Part shown: positions 14,258-32,116 of the stretch, piece by piece | How the letters are laid out: each line of letters starts with the position of its first letter | Position numbering within the stretch: the first letter of the stretch is position 1 | Source of the DNA: the human T2T-CHM13v2.0 reference genome, Homo sapiens | Length of the DNA stretch: 64,000 nt | Assembly (NCBI RefSeq): GCF_009914755.1 | Contig: NC_060940.1 | Strand: one strand, 5' to 3' | The notes under the pieces: model-generated | Seen by the model: the letters and a program-made list of their open reading frames with translations, nothing else | The model's database searches: none | What the model was told of the DNA's origin: nothing | Made by a program: the position numbers and the translations under genes

Positions 14258-14560
14258 CTTTTTTTTTTTTCTGAGACACAGTCTGGCTCTATCACCCAGG
14301 CTGGAGTGCAGTGGTGCAATCTCAGTTCACTGCAGCCTTGACACCTCCCCAGGCTCAAGCTATCCTCCCACCTCAGCCTCCTGAGTAGCTGGTTCTACAG
14401 ATGCACATCACCACGCCCAGCTAAGTTTTGTGTTATTTGTAGAGATAGGGCTTCGCCATGTTGCCCAGGCTGGTCTCAAACTCCTGGACTGAGGTGATAC
14501 TCCTGCCTTGGACTCCCAAAGTGCTGGAATTTCTACAGATGTGAGCCACCATGCCCGGCC
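14258..14560 (-). mobile_element. Alu (J-like)
   Basis: Antisense Alu consensus. Confidence 0.88.
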
Positions 14561-14667
14561 TATGGGGCCCTTCTTGTTCCTATGAAGTCTGCAGGGTCCC
14601 CTTATGCAAAAGAACAGAAAGCTCGGCTTCACAAAGTTTGACCTCGGAAGAAATGGAAGGGAAAGGG

Positions 14668-14978
14668 TCCCTTTGTCACTCTCACAAACGTAAGAAGCAA
14701 ACTAATAATGATGGCCATCACACATATTATACTCACCATGTAGAAGCTGTGCTGCCTTAAACTTCTGTTCATTCAGCAGTTACTGATTGCCAGTCCCATT
14801 GCTAAGGGCTCCGCGTGACTTAACTCCCCTAATCCTTGTGAGTTGCCAATTATTATTCGCATTTTATAGATATGGAAACTGAGGCTCCAAGTGGTTTAAA
14901 AAATGAACTTGCCCAGGTTACAGTGTGTTGGTAGGTAGGGGTAGTCTCAAAGTTGGTAAATTTTACGCCAAAGCTCAC
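14668..14978 (+). repeat. Local direct duplication, copy 2
   Basis: See 12040-12350. Confidence 0.85.
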
Positions 14979-15882
14979 GATACTTGCCTTCTTTCCCTTC
15001 TCAATTTATTTCTCTGACTGTGTGCTTAACCACACAGCAGTGTCATCCAGAGTTTGAAGCAGAGCTCATCAATAAGTGGGGGTGGGCTAAATGTCTCCAG
15101 GCTCCTCCCTGCGGTCCCTCCCACCATCCCCCATCTGTGATACCACCTGTGTCTCTATGCTTGAGCCCAGACAGGACAAGGGTGATCATTTCATTGGGAA
15201 CATTTTGACTGGGGGGAAAGAGCACCAGCCTGGGAGTCTTGGCGGGGGGAGTGGGGGAGAAGGGGCAGGGGCAGCCACCGACAGGCTATGAGGTCTTGTG
15301 CAAGTCACGTCCTTCCCGGGGTCTCAGTCTTGTCATCTGCAGAGTGAAGGAAAGAGGTCAAGCTTGAAGGTCCCTGGCAGACCCAATGCCCTGTGAGAAA
15401 ACTGAGTTTGGGTAACTTATTATTTTATAGATATGGAATTATCTTATAGAAATGTTATAGATATGGAATCATTTTATAGATATGGCCCAAAGTCCAAAGT
15501 CACACAACTCATTCACGGAGTTGCTAGGATCAGTCTGGAGCTCTTGTCACGAGATCACACTGCCTCAAAGAGGAGGCAGATTGCTGCAATGTAGGTTCTT
15601 AATAAAGAGCATGGGTGGAATGGGAGGCGGGCATCAGGCAGGAGCTGGGGCAAAGGTGTCTTTTCTCACTGCTCTGAGAGAACAGATTTTGTGCCTGTGT
15701 CCCTGACCAAGGGGCTGGGAGAGGTGGAGCATCTCACCCCCAACCATCTCCCAGCTTTGGCCCTGCTCCAGGAAAAGGGCGGTGGCCCCATCTTTCAGTT
15801 CTGCTTCCTCTAGTCATGGTTGGCTGGGATCTCGCTGCAAGCCGGTTATGTTTGGGTTCCTGCAGCCCCCGCTCAACCGTCA

Positions 15883-16365
<483 letters not shown>

Positions 16366-16506
16366 TTACTCTTCAATGTATTCTCTTCTGGGCCCAGAAC
16401 AGGGCAGTAGGAGCCTCCCTCTGGTCTTCCAGCTTCAGGGCCAGCTCTCCTCTTACCTCCTCCAGGAAGCTCCCTCTGTTTCTTTCCAGCCTTCATCTGC
16501 ATGTCA

Positions 16507-17275
16507 TGTGTGGTGGGTTGAAAGGTGGCCCCCCAAAAGATATGTCCATGTCAAATCCCTGGAACCTGTCAGTGTGACTTTATTTGGGAAAAGGGTCTTT
16601 GCAGATAGAATTAAGTTAAGGGGCTGGGTGCAGTGGCTCATGCCTGTAATCCCAGCACTTTGGGAAGCTGAGATTGGAGGATCACCTGAGGTCAGGAGTT
16701 CAAGACCAGTGTGGCCAACATGGCAAAACCCCATTTCTACTAAAAATACAAAAATTAGCTGGTCATGGTGGTGAGCACCTGTAATCCCAGCTACTCAGGA
16801 GACTGGGGCAGGAGAATCGCTTGAACTGGGAGGTGGAGGTTGCAGTGAGCCGATACAGCGCCACTGCATTCCAGCCTGGGCAACAGAGCAAGCCTCTGTC
16901 TCAAAAGAAGGCAAAAAAAGAATTAAAGATCTTGAAATGACATCATCCTGGATTATCTAGGTGGGTCCTAAATCCAATGACAAGTGTCTTTATAAGAGAA
17001 AGAGACTTGCTACATGAGGAGTAGGTGATGTGGCCACTAAAGCTGAGTTTAGAGTGATGCAGCCACAAGACCACAAGTCAAGGATCACCAGTAGTTCCCA
17101 GCAGCTAGAGGAGGCAAGGAAGCATTCTCCCCTCGAGCCTCCAGAGGCAGCGTGGCCCTGCTGACACCTTGGCTTCAACTTCTGGCCTCCAGAACCATGA
17201 GAGAATAAAGTGCTGTTGTTCTGAGCTACCTGGATGCTGGTACCTTGTTTCAGCAGCCCTGGGAAATGAATATAC
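16507..17275 (+). mobile_element. MaLR LTR (MLT1-type) interrupted by Alu 16621-16920
   Basis: TGTGGTGGGTTGAA...CCCCCAAAAGATATGTCC...GTCTTTGCAGAT; resumes GGGTCCTAAATCCAATGAC...CCAGAACCATGAGAGAATAAA. Confidence 0.8.
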
Positions 17276-17449
17276 CATGGAAACATGGACCTGAACCACG
17301 GATCCTGGCAGGGGCCTTAGAGCCACACAGATGAGCCTTCAGCTTGGCTTTCCCCAGCAAGAGCTACATGATCTTGAGGAAGCTGCTTGTCTTCTCTGGG
17401 TCTCAAGTTCTTCATCTGCCAATGGAGACAATAATGCTTACTTCCTAGG

Positions 17450-18420
<971 letters not shown>

Positions 18421-19249
18421 GTTTTTCTTGTTTTCTTTTGTTTTATTAATACATAATATGATACATATTTATGGGGTATATGTGAATATTTATTACATGC
18501 ATAGAAGGTATAATGATCATGTCAGGATATTTGAGGTATCCACATTTGGGATTGTTTAAAGATTAAATGAAATAGTGTTAAAAGTATTTAATATGCCCTT
18601 CAACAAATGATGAGGAAATCTTAGAATCTGCTCAGACTCCTTCAGTTTACATATTAGGAAACTGAGGCACAGAAAGGAGCAGAGACTTGCTCAAGTCCAC
18701 CCAAAGCAGTAGAGCATTGTGGTTAAATGCAGGACTTCAGTCAGACTGTCTGGGTTCAAATCCTGGTTCCACTTGGACATGGGTTTCCTTACATAAATCA
18801 CTTCACCTCTCTGAGCCTCAGTTTTCTCATATGCAAAGTGAGGATAATAATAATACCTTCCTTACATGGTTACTGATATGAGTATTAAATGTGCCAGCTC
18901 ATGTGCCTGGCGTATAGGAGGTGCTTTATAAACCTTAGCTGTTACCACTCATGGCATTGCCAAATGTGGGACGGGTCTCCTGACTCTCTGGTGTGAGATT
19001 GATGGAATCCACACTTTCCAGTTCCCTTTTCTACCTCCTGGGTATCTTCTCATATGGTTGTAAGTTCCTTGGAGGAAGGGAATGTGGCTTGCTCTCTCCA
19101 CCACGCTGAGCATATAAGAGGTGCTGAATGAGCGCTTTTATTCACTCCTCTCATCCCCAGCCCTCACCAGCTGGGAGTTGTTGTAGGTGTCAATTTTCTG
19201 CCTCTTTCCAACACCCTGTGAGGTGACTGAGCATTGTCTTCCCTCCCAG

Positions 19250-19396
19250 GCAGCTCACAGTGTGCCACCATGGAGTTGGGGCCCCTAGAAGGTGGCTACC
19301 TGGAGCTTCTTAACAGCGATGCTGACCCCCTGTGCCTCTACCACTTCTATGACCAGATGGACCTGGCTGGAGAAGAAGAGATTGAGCTCTACTCAG
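19250..19396 (+). CDS. CIITA: CIITA exon 2 (contains type IV start ATG 19270; acidic domain)
   Basis: cccag|G...TCAG|gtggg, 147 nt, SSQCATMELGPLEGGYLELL... Confidence 0.97.
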
Positions 19397-19636
19397 GTGG
19401 GCCCTCCTCCCTCTGGTCTCTTCCGGTATCCCCCACCCCTCAGCTTGCTGTAGAGACGGCAATCAGGGGAAATTCTGGTCCCTGTCCTCCCGTCAGCACC
19501 ACGGACAGCTCCCACGTCTGTGGGACGCTCTCTGCAGATGGGGATGATCTCCCAGCCCTGCCCCGCCTCTCCCTCGTTCCCCACCAGCCCTCTTTCCAGA
19601 AATTTCCTTCTTCATCCAAGGGACTTTTCCTCCCAG

Positions 19637-19732
19637 AACCCGACACAGACACCATCAACTGCGACCAGTTCAGCAGGCTGTTGTGTGACATGGAAGGTGA
19701 TGAAGAGACCAGGGAGGCTTATGCCAATATCG
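19637..19732 (+). CDS. CIITA: CIITA exon 3
   Basis: cccag|AAC...ATCG|gtgag, 96 nt, PDTDTINCDQFSRLL... Confidence 0.97.
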
Positions 19733-21070
19733 GTGAGGAAGCACCTGAGCCCAGAAAAGGACAATCAAGGGCAAGAGTTCTTTGCTGCCACTTGTCAATA
19801 TCACCCATTCATCATGAGCCACGTCAGTCCCCTCCCACAGAAATCATTGCAAGGGGGATGCGGAGCAATGGCTGGAGGAACGGAGACTCCAGGGAAGAGA
19901 GGGGAGATGGAGGCCAGTGGGGGAAATAGGCCCCTTCACTAATGACCACCAAGAAAACAAAATCTCATGTTTACATCCTCCACCTCCATTTCTATACGCA
20001 TTTCTGCTTCTTGCTCTTCTGTCCATCCTTTCTACAAAGCCCATACCATACACCCCTTTCCCTTTTCCTCCCAGCTCCTTAGCCAAGCTACTCTAGTATT
20101 TGTAATAACTAGCATTTACTGGATACTCATAGTATGCTCATTGCTGTCCATACATTATCATCTGGAATCCTTACAACAACAAAGGAAATACATATTATTA
20201 GTTTCTGTCTTTTACAAATGAGGAAATTGAGGTTTAGAGAGGTGAAACGACCTACCCAAGTTTGCATTAGAGATAGTAATGTACAGATCTGAAATTCTAA
20301 CCTAGGTCTTTCTCGTTTCAAAGTCTCCATTTTTAACCACAAAAAAAGAAAGTGTCTGGGGTTGGAAGATTTGCTAAGGCTTAAGCAGAGAAGCTAATTT
20401 GTAGCCTTAAGAAGAGCTACAGCTTTCAGACAAGGGCAGGACTCTTGGGGAGAGGTGGTGGTGGTGTTGCTGCTAGTGGTTTGTTTTTTGGGGGAGAGAC
20501 GTGGGATAGAGAATCTCTTCTCACCAGCATCACCACCACCTCATACAGAGCCTATGTTGAAATAGAAAAAAGTGGCCTTTTTCTGGAGGATGCAGCCCCT
20601 ACCAGGAAGTAACTGCTTGGCTAGCAAAGTGCAAGCCGGAGTCCTGCCCCCATTTTCCTTGTTGGCTTGGGCACCTGTGTGCAGTGAACAACCTGCAAAA
20701 CTCTTCTTAGTGGTCTTCTTCCTGCCAACCCAGGAACAGCAGCATTCAGCAGTTCTGTGCTTGATCCAAATGTGGCCAATTTTTCCCCAGAGCACAGTGT
20801 ATTGAAAATCATACCAAGGAAGAAAATGGAGGGGACTAGTAATTGTTCATGTTTCAGAAATTACAGAACTGAGAGCTTGACTGCTTCCTTCCCTTCCTGG
20901 GGATTTACATGGGGGAAGCAGAAGTGATTGGGGCTGAGGACATTCACATTTCCTCACAACTGGAGGCAGTCATTAAGGATTTGGGCATGTCATAGGATTT
21001 GGGTGTTTTTCTCCCCCCTTAGTGGCATCTCCACAGGCAGCGAAAGCTGTCTAAGCAAATAGGTGAGGCA

Positions 21071-21490
21071 GTGCGTTAGTCCATTTTTTGTTGCTTAAAA
21101 CAACATACCTGACACTGAGTAATTTATAAAGAAAAAAAATATTTCTTACAGTTATGGAGGCTGAGAAGTCCAAGGTTAGGGGCTGCATCTGGTGAGGGCC
21201 TTCTTACTGGTGAGGACTCTCTGCAGAGTCCCAAGGCAGTGTGGGGCATCACGAGGCAAGAGGTTTCGGTGTGATAGTCTCTCTTCCTCTTCTCATAAAA
21301 CCACTAGTCTTACTCCCACGACAACCCATTAACTTATTAACCTGTTTATCCACTAATCCATGAACGGATTAACCCATTCATCAAGGAAAAGCCCCAGTCA
21401 CCTCTTAAAGGCCCCACCTCTCAATACTGCCACATAGGGGATTACATTTATACATGAGTTTTGGAGAAGACAAACATTCACGTCATAACA
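21071..21490. mobile_element. MaLR LTR (MST-like)
   Basis: TTAGTCCATTTT...GGAGGCTGAGAAGTCCAAG...CACCTCTTAAAGGCCCCACCTCTCAATACTG. Confidence 0.8.
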
Positions 21491-21749
21491 GGCAGCTTCA
21501 CCCAAGTCTGCTCCTCAAGTCTGTGGGTTTTCTCTCTGCTTCTGGAAGGTGAAGCCCAGGCCTGGGCAAGTATTCTTTTGCAGCATCCTGAAATATGACC
21601 TTAGCTTCTAAATGTGTAAAATGGAGATAATAATCACACCCACCATCACAGGATGGTTGTAAGACTGAATAAGTTACAATGTGTAAAGCATTTAGAAAAG
21701 GAATTTGCACAGAGTAAGCATTCAGTAGATGATAGGTACTACCCCACAA

Positions 21750-21820
21750 CCACCGTTATCATTATTATCACCATCATTATTATCATCTTCATTTTCATCA
21801 CCTTCATTATGGCCATCATT
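21750..21820. repeat. Degenerate (ATC/ATT)n low-complexity tract
   Basis: ATCATTATTATCACCATCATTATTATCATC. Confidence 0.7.
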
Positions 21821-22637
21821 CCATTCCTCAGCTCAGAAGCCTTCTATGGCTCCCCATTGCTTATAAAATCAAGTCCTAACTTTCCCCAGCATGAAACTTC
21901 TACCACCGTCACCTATCTCTCAGGGTTTCCTAAACATACTCTGAACAAGTTTCCTCACTCTGCCACTGTGACCCAGAAAGCTATCTGTTCTCCTTCTCCC
22001 AGACTCTGCCTCATCTTTCAAGGCCTGGTTCCAGGATCCCTTCCTCCAGGAAGCCTTCCCTGGTTGCCCTATTCCACCATACACCTTTTTTCTCGGACTT
22101 CATGTCATGGTGCCTATATTCCAAGGGCTCTGAGCCATGTACCCCTTTATATAGTTACCACTATTTACTGAGTGCCTACTGTATACCAGCTACTGTGTTG
22201 GATGCTCTAGATGTAGAACCTCTAATTATCACCATCGATTCCTGGGTAGTAGGCATTATTTATTCATCTTACACAGATGAGAAAATGGAGGCCCACAGTG
22301 GTTAAATAACTAGCCCAAGATTGCACAGCTAGTAGGGCTAGTGGAAAGTAGAGGTGGAATTTGAACTCAAATCCTGCAGTAACTCTACCATTCTGCCTTG
22401 CTCTTCTTTGTAGCAGTAGATAAGTTTTCATGGATACATACCTCATCCTTTTGATTAGATTAAGGGCCCCTGGAGTGTCAGTGTTCATTCATTTGTTTGA
22501 TCATTCATTCATTCAACAAACATTTCTTGAGTCCCCACTGTGTGCCAGGCCCAGAGGTTCCCCAGCCCAAGGCCTGGCACACAGTGGGCCTTCAGTTAGA
22601 CCTTGTTGATTGACTGCGCTTTTCCTTGTCTGGGCAG

Positions 22638-22700
22638 CGGAACTGGACCAGTATGTCTTCCAGGACTCCCAGCTGGAGGGCCTGAGCAAGGACATTTTCA
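22638..22700 (+). CDS. CIITA: CIITA exon 4
   Basis: ggcag|CGG...TTCA|gtaag, 63 nt, ELDQYVFQDSQLEGLSKDIF. Confidence 0.96.
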
Positions 22701-22892
22701 GTAAGTTTGTGGTGGGTGGGGAGGTCTTGGCTCAGCCTGCATTTCCTGCCTTGTTCCCTGGGGGGTGCCCTAATACCTGACGACCATTCATTGATGGGCA
22801 GTCAGACCCCTCTCCCCAAGGTGGGGACAATAGAGACTCACCTTGGGCTTTCATTGATTGTGTGAGTTGGTCTCTGGTTTTTCTCAAAGTAG

Positions 22893-22970
22893 AGCACATA
22901 GGACCAGATGAAGTGATCGGTGAGAGTATGGAGATGCCAGCAGAAGTTGGGCAGAAAAGTCAGAAAAGAC
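22893..22970 (+). CDS. CIITA: CIITA exon 5 (alternative acceptor at 22890)
   Basis: aagtag|AGCAC...AGAC|gtgag, 78 nt, HIGPDEVIGESMEMPAEVGQKSQKR. Confidence 0.95.
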
Positions 22971-23765
22971 GTGAGTGAGCCCCTCCCTGATCCAACCTAG
23001 CCTTGCTTGAGACCTGGCCTTTCCTTGACTCCAAAGCCTGCTGTGGGTCCAACTTGCTTCCCTCGCTAAGTCCTGTCTGGTTGGGAGGCCCTTTAAAAGC
23101 CAACAGGAGCCTTAAAATGTACATCTGATTATTTCATGGCCCTGATAACCCTCCAATGGCTACAAAATACATGCCACAAGGCCTGTATGGCCCTTCCTCC
23201 CTCTCCAAACCCACTATGAGACACCACACTTCAGCCACCACCAGCTTCTCCACTCCTATAACCCATGTGCCCTTTCAAGCCTCGGGGCCTTTGCAGTTGC
23301 TATAGTCTCTATCTGGAATGCCCTTCCCCCAGTTCTTCCCATGGCTGACTCCTTTGAATCTTTCTGGTGTTGGCTAAATGTCACCTCTTCCTGGAACCCT
23401 TCTCTGACCATCCTTCCATGTAGATTAGCTCAGTTATTCTCACCTTGTGTGTCTTTTTCCTTGCAGTTTAGCACTCATTACCATCTGGACATATTTTACG
23501 CCTTGCTCTCCCACTGTGAGGACAGGGACCTTGTCTTTCTTGCTCGTGACTGTTTCCCCAGCATCTAGTGCAGTGCCTGGTATGCAGTAGCACCTCAATA
23601 GATATCTGTTGAATGAAAACATCTGTAAAATGGGTGTAACAGTTAACTGAGTACTTATTATGGGTCTGACCATGTGTAAGTCCTGTATCTATTTATTCAG
23701 TTCTTAAACAGGTGAATCGCACACAGGGTATGAGATTTTAAAAGTGCAAAGAATATTCAGTGAAG

Positions 23766-24726
<961 letters not shown>

Positions 24727-25480
24727 TCAAGATACAATAAAAGTGAAAGAATGGTACTATGAAGGTCCATATACCCACCATGTACCATTTTGATTCTACA
24801 ATTAATGTTGGGTTTTATTCATCTTATCACATCTCTATTCATCTGTCCATCCCTCTATCCATCCACACACCCATTCATTATATTTTTGGTACATTTCAAT
24901 GTACATTTCAAATGTAAATTGCAGATTTACACTCCCCTCGTGTACTTCAGCATCCTTTCTTTTAAGGCCATGCAGTGTTTCGTTGGGTAGATGAACCATA
25001 ATTTGTTTAAGCAGTCCCTTGCTAAGGGACACGTGGGTTTTTAATCTGTTGCTGTGAGTGCTTGATACTCACTCACTGATTTCTGGCATACTCCTGCAAT
25101 GTAGGAACCACCACCCCCATTTCATAGATGTGAGATCAAAGGTTCAGAGAAGCTGCATTGCAAAGGCACACAGCTAGGAAGCGGTTCAAAAGCAGGTTCC
25201 TTTGTTTTGTTTTGTTTTGTTTTTTGGCTCAAACCCATGTTGTGTCCCCATTTGTGACTCGGCCTCTTCTGCTGCTACACTGCCTGGTATGGTTTGAGAT
25301 GGGGTTTGGGTTCAAGCCAAGGAGCTGGGGTTGGAATGTTAGAGCGAGGGGAGGAAAATGGACCCCCAAGACCACTACCCAGCCTTGAAGTTAAGGCCGT
25401 ATAGCCTGCTAGAGTCCTGAGCCCCTTCTGGCTTGGGACATCCTCTCCCTGGGGCAGCTGATCACATGTTTTCTCTGCAG

Positions 25481-25525
25481 CCTTCCCAGAGGAGCTTCCG
25501 GCAGACCTGAAGCACTGGAAGCCAG
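25481..25525 (+). CDS. CIITA: CIITA exon 6
   Basis: tgcag|CCTT...CCAG|gtgtg, 45 nt, FPEELPADLKHWKP. Confidence 0.95.
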
Positions 25526-26004
25526 GTGTGCAGGGCAGGTGGGCTGGGGTTGGGAAGGGTGGATGCCTTGGGGAGGGGATGGAAGAGATTGAACTCCTGG
25601 CCCAAGTCTGATGGGGATGGTGCATGGTGCAGCCCCTGCCCTTCTTTGGGTAGAGGCTGAGAGCTTGGGGTCCCTTAGAGTCCTCTAAGGGGCTCACGAC
25701 TGTTTGTGGAAGGTGGTAGGGGCTTGGAGCTAACAGATTGTTCATAGGTTCTATTCTGCCCCAGCTCTCCGTGTGGAGGCCCTAGGGTCCTGCTCAGCAT
25801 AGCTCTCAGAGCCAAGTCACAAGGAGAGGACTGGGGGACTGCCTGGCACAGAGCAGTTGCTGATCAACACAGCTGCAGCCAGGGCTGAGAAGATGACAAG
25901 CATTTCCTCTGTCAGGAGAGACATCCATGCCACTCCAGGGCCCTCCCCATCCCAGGAAGGCCCCTCCAAGCACCCAGTCTCTAACACAGCCCACTTCCTC
26001 ACAG

Positions 26005-26151
26005 CTGAGCCCCCCACTGTGGTGACTGGCAGTCTCCTAGTGGGACCAGTGAGCGACTGCTCCACCCTGCCCTGCCTGCCACTGCCTGCGCTGTTCAACC
26101 AGGAGCCAGCCTCCGGCCAGATGCGCCTGGAGAAAACCGACCAGATTCCCA
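26005..26151 (+). CDS. CIITA: CIITA exon 7 (P/S/T region)
   Basis: cacag|CTGAG...CCCA|gtatg, 147 nt, EPPTVVTGSLLVGPVSDC... Confidence 0.96.
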
Positions 26152-26624
26152 GTATGTTAGGGGGCTTGGAGAGAGTGGGCTTTCTCCCTCTTGGGAGGTG
26201 GATAAGGAGTTGACACTAAGGCAGGGACTGTCAGGAACTGGACCTCACCTCTCCCCAACCCTATCAGTGTCACTCACCTCTGCCCCAGCCAGTTTTATCC
26301 TTGGGGCCCCCGTCAGCTCAATCCCTGGCAGAGAACATGCCTCAGAAGGAAACACATCCGTGCGAGCATCAGGAGGGAATCTCCACCAATTAGAGCATTC
26401 ACCTGCCAGCCTTATTCGTTCATCAGCTCTTCATGGAGCCCCTTCTCTGTGCCAACTGCTCTGCTAGGTGCTAAGAATTCCATCAGGGCAGGACAGAAAC
26501 AGCTACTGATCTTAGGGAAATTAGGGCCCTTTAGGGGGGTCAGACATTAATCAAATAAGCAAAAGCAGAATCGCAAACACAGGTGCTATGCAAGATCCCA
26601 CCTCACTGCCTTTGTCTCTTGCAG

Positions 26625-26768
26625 TGCCTTTCTCCAGTTCCTCGTTGAGCTGCCTGAATCTCCCTGAGGGACCCATCCAGTTTGTCCCCACCATCTCCAC
26701 TCTGCCCCATGGGCTCTGGCAAATCTCTGAGGCTGGAACAGGGGTCTCCAGTATATTCATCTACCATG
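26625..26768 (+). CDS. CIITA: CIITA exon 8
   Basis: tgcag|TGCC...CATG|gtgag, 144 nt, PFSSSSLSCLNLPEGPIQF... Confidence 0.96.
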
Positions 26769-27697
26769 GTGAGTGCGGGGCCTGGCTCCCCAACCACCTC
26801 TCCCTCCTACCTGACTGCTCCCTGACCTCATCCTCCCCATACTCCATGCACTTGGCAGTGGTGCCCTAGCACCTTCTCATGATCCTCCCTCCCCAGCACA
26901 ACTTTCTCTGTCCCTATTTCCCAAAAATCAAAGCAGAAGAGCAGAGATTCCTGAGGTGGTCTGGGTGCATGACCAAGAGTGGTTGTGTGGCCTTCCATAT
27001 GTTGCTTTCCCCTTCTGACCCTTAGTTTTTCCTTATTTTTTTTAAATGTTTTTGTTTTTAAATTGCAACATCAATACATGCTCACTAATAAGCTAATGAC
27101 AAGTGATGTTTACAAGAATTCACTGTCTCTCTCACTCTTTTAGTATACTGATGTGAATAGTTTGGTGTGCATCCTTGCATAGCTTTCTCTGATTTGTCTT
27201 GTTTCCTAATCAGTAAAATGGTCCCTACTGACCCACCACACTGAGGGGTTGTGACTTGTCTCAGGGAAGGTGTGTTTGGGCTGTCAGGGATGAGACCAGG
27301 AGGATGCTTCCACTCAAGTCCAGAGCATCCATTCCTGGTTGCAAGACAGTTTCAGTATAACGCACTGGTATCTCAGAAGCAGAGAAGCAGTTCCTGATAT
27401 CTAGGAAAATGAGCACTGACCACACAGCAGGAAGAGTGCAATAGTAGTACCTGCCCTAAGTTCCTTATGAGCTAATTGCACCCATTTCACAGATTGGAAA
27501 AGCAAGGTTCCAGGAGCTAGATGTAACTCCAGAGCTCTTTCTTCAGCTCTGTCCTGAAATATCTTCCTTTGGAAGTTCTACTCTCTTCTCTCCAGACTTC
27601 CTGAGCTCCACAGCCCAGTTTGGAGTAGGGGTGACCCAAGTGCATTTCTGGAATCAATACCTGGTTATTCTCACACCACTCTCCACCCCCAATGTAG

Positions 27698-27862
27698 GTG
27701 AGGTGCCCCAGGCCAGCCAAGTACCCCCTCCCAGTGGATTCACTGTCCACGGCCTCCCAACATCTCCAGACCGGCCAGGCTCCACCAGCCCCTTCGCTCC
27801 ATCAGCCACTGACCTGCCCAGCATGCCTGAACCTGCCCTGACCTCCCGAGCAAACATGACAG
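27698..27862 (+). CDS. CIITA: CIITA exon 9
   Basis: tgtag|GTGAG...ACAG|gtaag, 165 nt, EVPQASQVPPPSGF... Confidence 0.96.
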
Positions 27863-28169
27863 GTAAGGACCCTTAGGGCCTGTGAGAGGTACTAGAAGCA
27901 GGATCGAGGCCCTGGGGAAGGAATTGTCTCAAATAAGATCCACAAGCAAAGCTGCCTGTAGGGACAACAGGTCATGTTTAGGGGTCAGTCGGGACAGGGA
28001 GGGTCTCCAGGGAGTGGAGGCATGGTTGTGGGGGAATGGACAGCTAGAGAATCCACATCCCATCCAAATACAGCCATCAGCCTTCAGCTGCTTGTTACCC
28101 AGCAGAAAAGCCAGACAATGTGGTCAGATCTTTTGAAGTTGAAAACCCTGATTTTTACATAGATATTGT

Positions 28170-28518
<349 letters not shown>

Positions 28519-28710
28519 TGAAATTTTTAAAAGTACAGTTGGCCAAAGAAAGACATATTTGAGTTAGATACAGCCTCAGGCCGCTATCTTACAACCTCCA
28601 TCTTGGGAAACTCAGCCCATGAAGGCTGTAAGGACTAAGTGGCCCAGAGGGAGGGGGGTCCCCAGGGGTAACCCTCACCCTAAATCTGGCACCTGCTTCT
28701 CCATCTCCAG

Positions 28711-28779
28711 AGCACAAGACGTCCCCCACCCAATGCCCGGCAGCTGGAGAGGTCTCCAACAAGCTTCCAAAATGGCCTG
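28711..28779 (+). CDS. CIITA: CIITA exon 10
   Basis: tccag|AGCAC...CCTG|gtgag, 69 nt, HKTSPTQCPAAGEVSNKLPKWP. Confidence 0.96.
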
Positions 28780-29417
28780 GTGAGTGATGCGGGATCTCTC
28801 TGCCCTGGGTGGTGGAGATGGAAGCCCATATCTGGCTTCACATTGCTCATTCACTTGACACTTATTCAACCCCTTCTTTGTTGGCTCACACACTCATTTA
28901 TTTATTCATTCATTCATTCATTCACTTATTTGATTATGCCATCATTTCACCATTCACTCCACCACTCCCTCAAATAATATTTATTGCCCTTCAATAAGCC
29001 TGCACTGGGTGTTAACACTTCATTGTCAGGCTGAGAGAATGAATGAGGGGCAAGCGAATGATGAAGTGAGTGAGTGGATGAAGTGAGAAGTTGATGAGGA
29101 TGGGAGCAATGGAAAGTGGGAATAAACCAGTGAATAAGAGAATTACTAAATTACTAAATGCTTACTCTCACATACTGGTCTAAGCATGTTAGGTATGCTA
29201 AATCATTAACATCTCACACAATCCCAATATTATCCCCATTTTCCAGATGAGGCTACTGAGGCATGGTGGGATGTATAGCATGCTCAGAATTGCTCCAGCA
29301 AGTGGTAGAACCGGGATTTGAACCCAGACACGTGGGCTCCACTGTCTTAACTCTTAACACTCCCTCCCATGACCTCCCCATGGTGAGTGAGTAGTGATCA
29401 AGCGAAGAAAAAGCTTA

Positions 29418-32116
<2,699 letters not shown>

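Noticed and set aside
21653-22171. 172-aa ORF with poly-Ile, TM-like stretch
   Set aside because: Arises from an ATC/ATT low-complexity tract plus MIR/L2-like sequence.
22701-22892. Intron 4 (192 nt, multiple of 3) as in-frame retained intron
   Set aside because: An in-frame TGA occurs after about 26 codons.
25988-25989. Upstream in-frame AG for exon 7 (+15 nt)
   Set aside because: Lies only a few nt after the CTAAC branch-point motif with no pyrimidine tract; unlikely to be used.
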